Shown here: positions 63,815 through 64,000 of the stretch, one piece after another
Layout of the letters: every line of letters begins with the position of its first letter
Numbering within the stretch: the stretch's first letter is position 1
The notes under the pieces: generated by a model
Databases searched by the model: none
The model's input: only the letters and a program-made list of their open reading frames with translations
What the model was told of the DNA's origin: nothing
Program-made: the position numbers and the translations under genes
Assembly (NCBI GenBank): GCA_951406725.2
Contig: OX597816.1
Span: forward strand, 118,420,001 to 118,484,000
Reading direction: 5' to 3'
DNA from: Octopus vulgaris
Lineage: Eukaryota
Length of the DNA: 64,000 nucleotides

Positions 63815-64000
63815 GAGAAGTATATGTGAAAATGGATACATGCACTAACACCTATACATATACAGAAAATCAGTCTTAACTTTTAACACTTTTGATACTA
63901 AACCACCCAAGATGGCCCATTTTTATGATATAAATTTTCTATATGAAGTGATCTAAGTCGATTTCTTCAACTAAAACTCAAGGTGGTGCCCCAGAATGGC

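Overview
AT-rich, repeat-saturated eukaryotic DNA. The SINE, MITE and LINE inventory and the very high microsatellite density resemble an Octopus (coleoid cephalopod) genome; this is an inference from family recognition, not a database result. No intact protein-coding gene, rRNA, tRNA gene or CRISPR array is visible, and most listed ORFs are microsatellite read-throughs or transposon relics. The window may be the long 5' intronic part of a minus-strand gene: there are candidate non-coding exons near 25.2 and 24.9 kb and a candidate first coding exon at 8930-8691. Recognisable mobile DNA: a decayed Penelope-like element, a decayed piggyBac, several Tc1/mariner derivatives, RTE, CR1 and RLE-type (R4/Dong-like) LINE fragments, four or five SINE-type families, TTAA-flanked MITEs and an 806-bp foldback element with an 8-bp TSD. 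I found no convincing novel biological system. The best leads are the putative long spliced leader, the many intronic inverted repeats that could form dsRNA, a mariner built from two 5' ends, a recurrent nested MITE composite and two degenerate hammerhead-like motifs. Boundaries of old repeats are approximate, read by eye.
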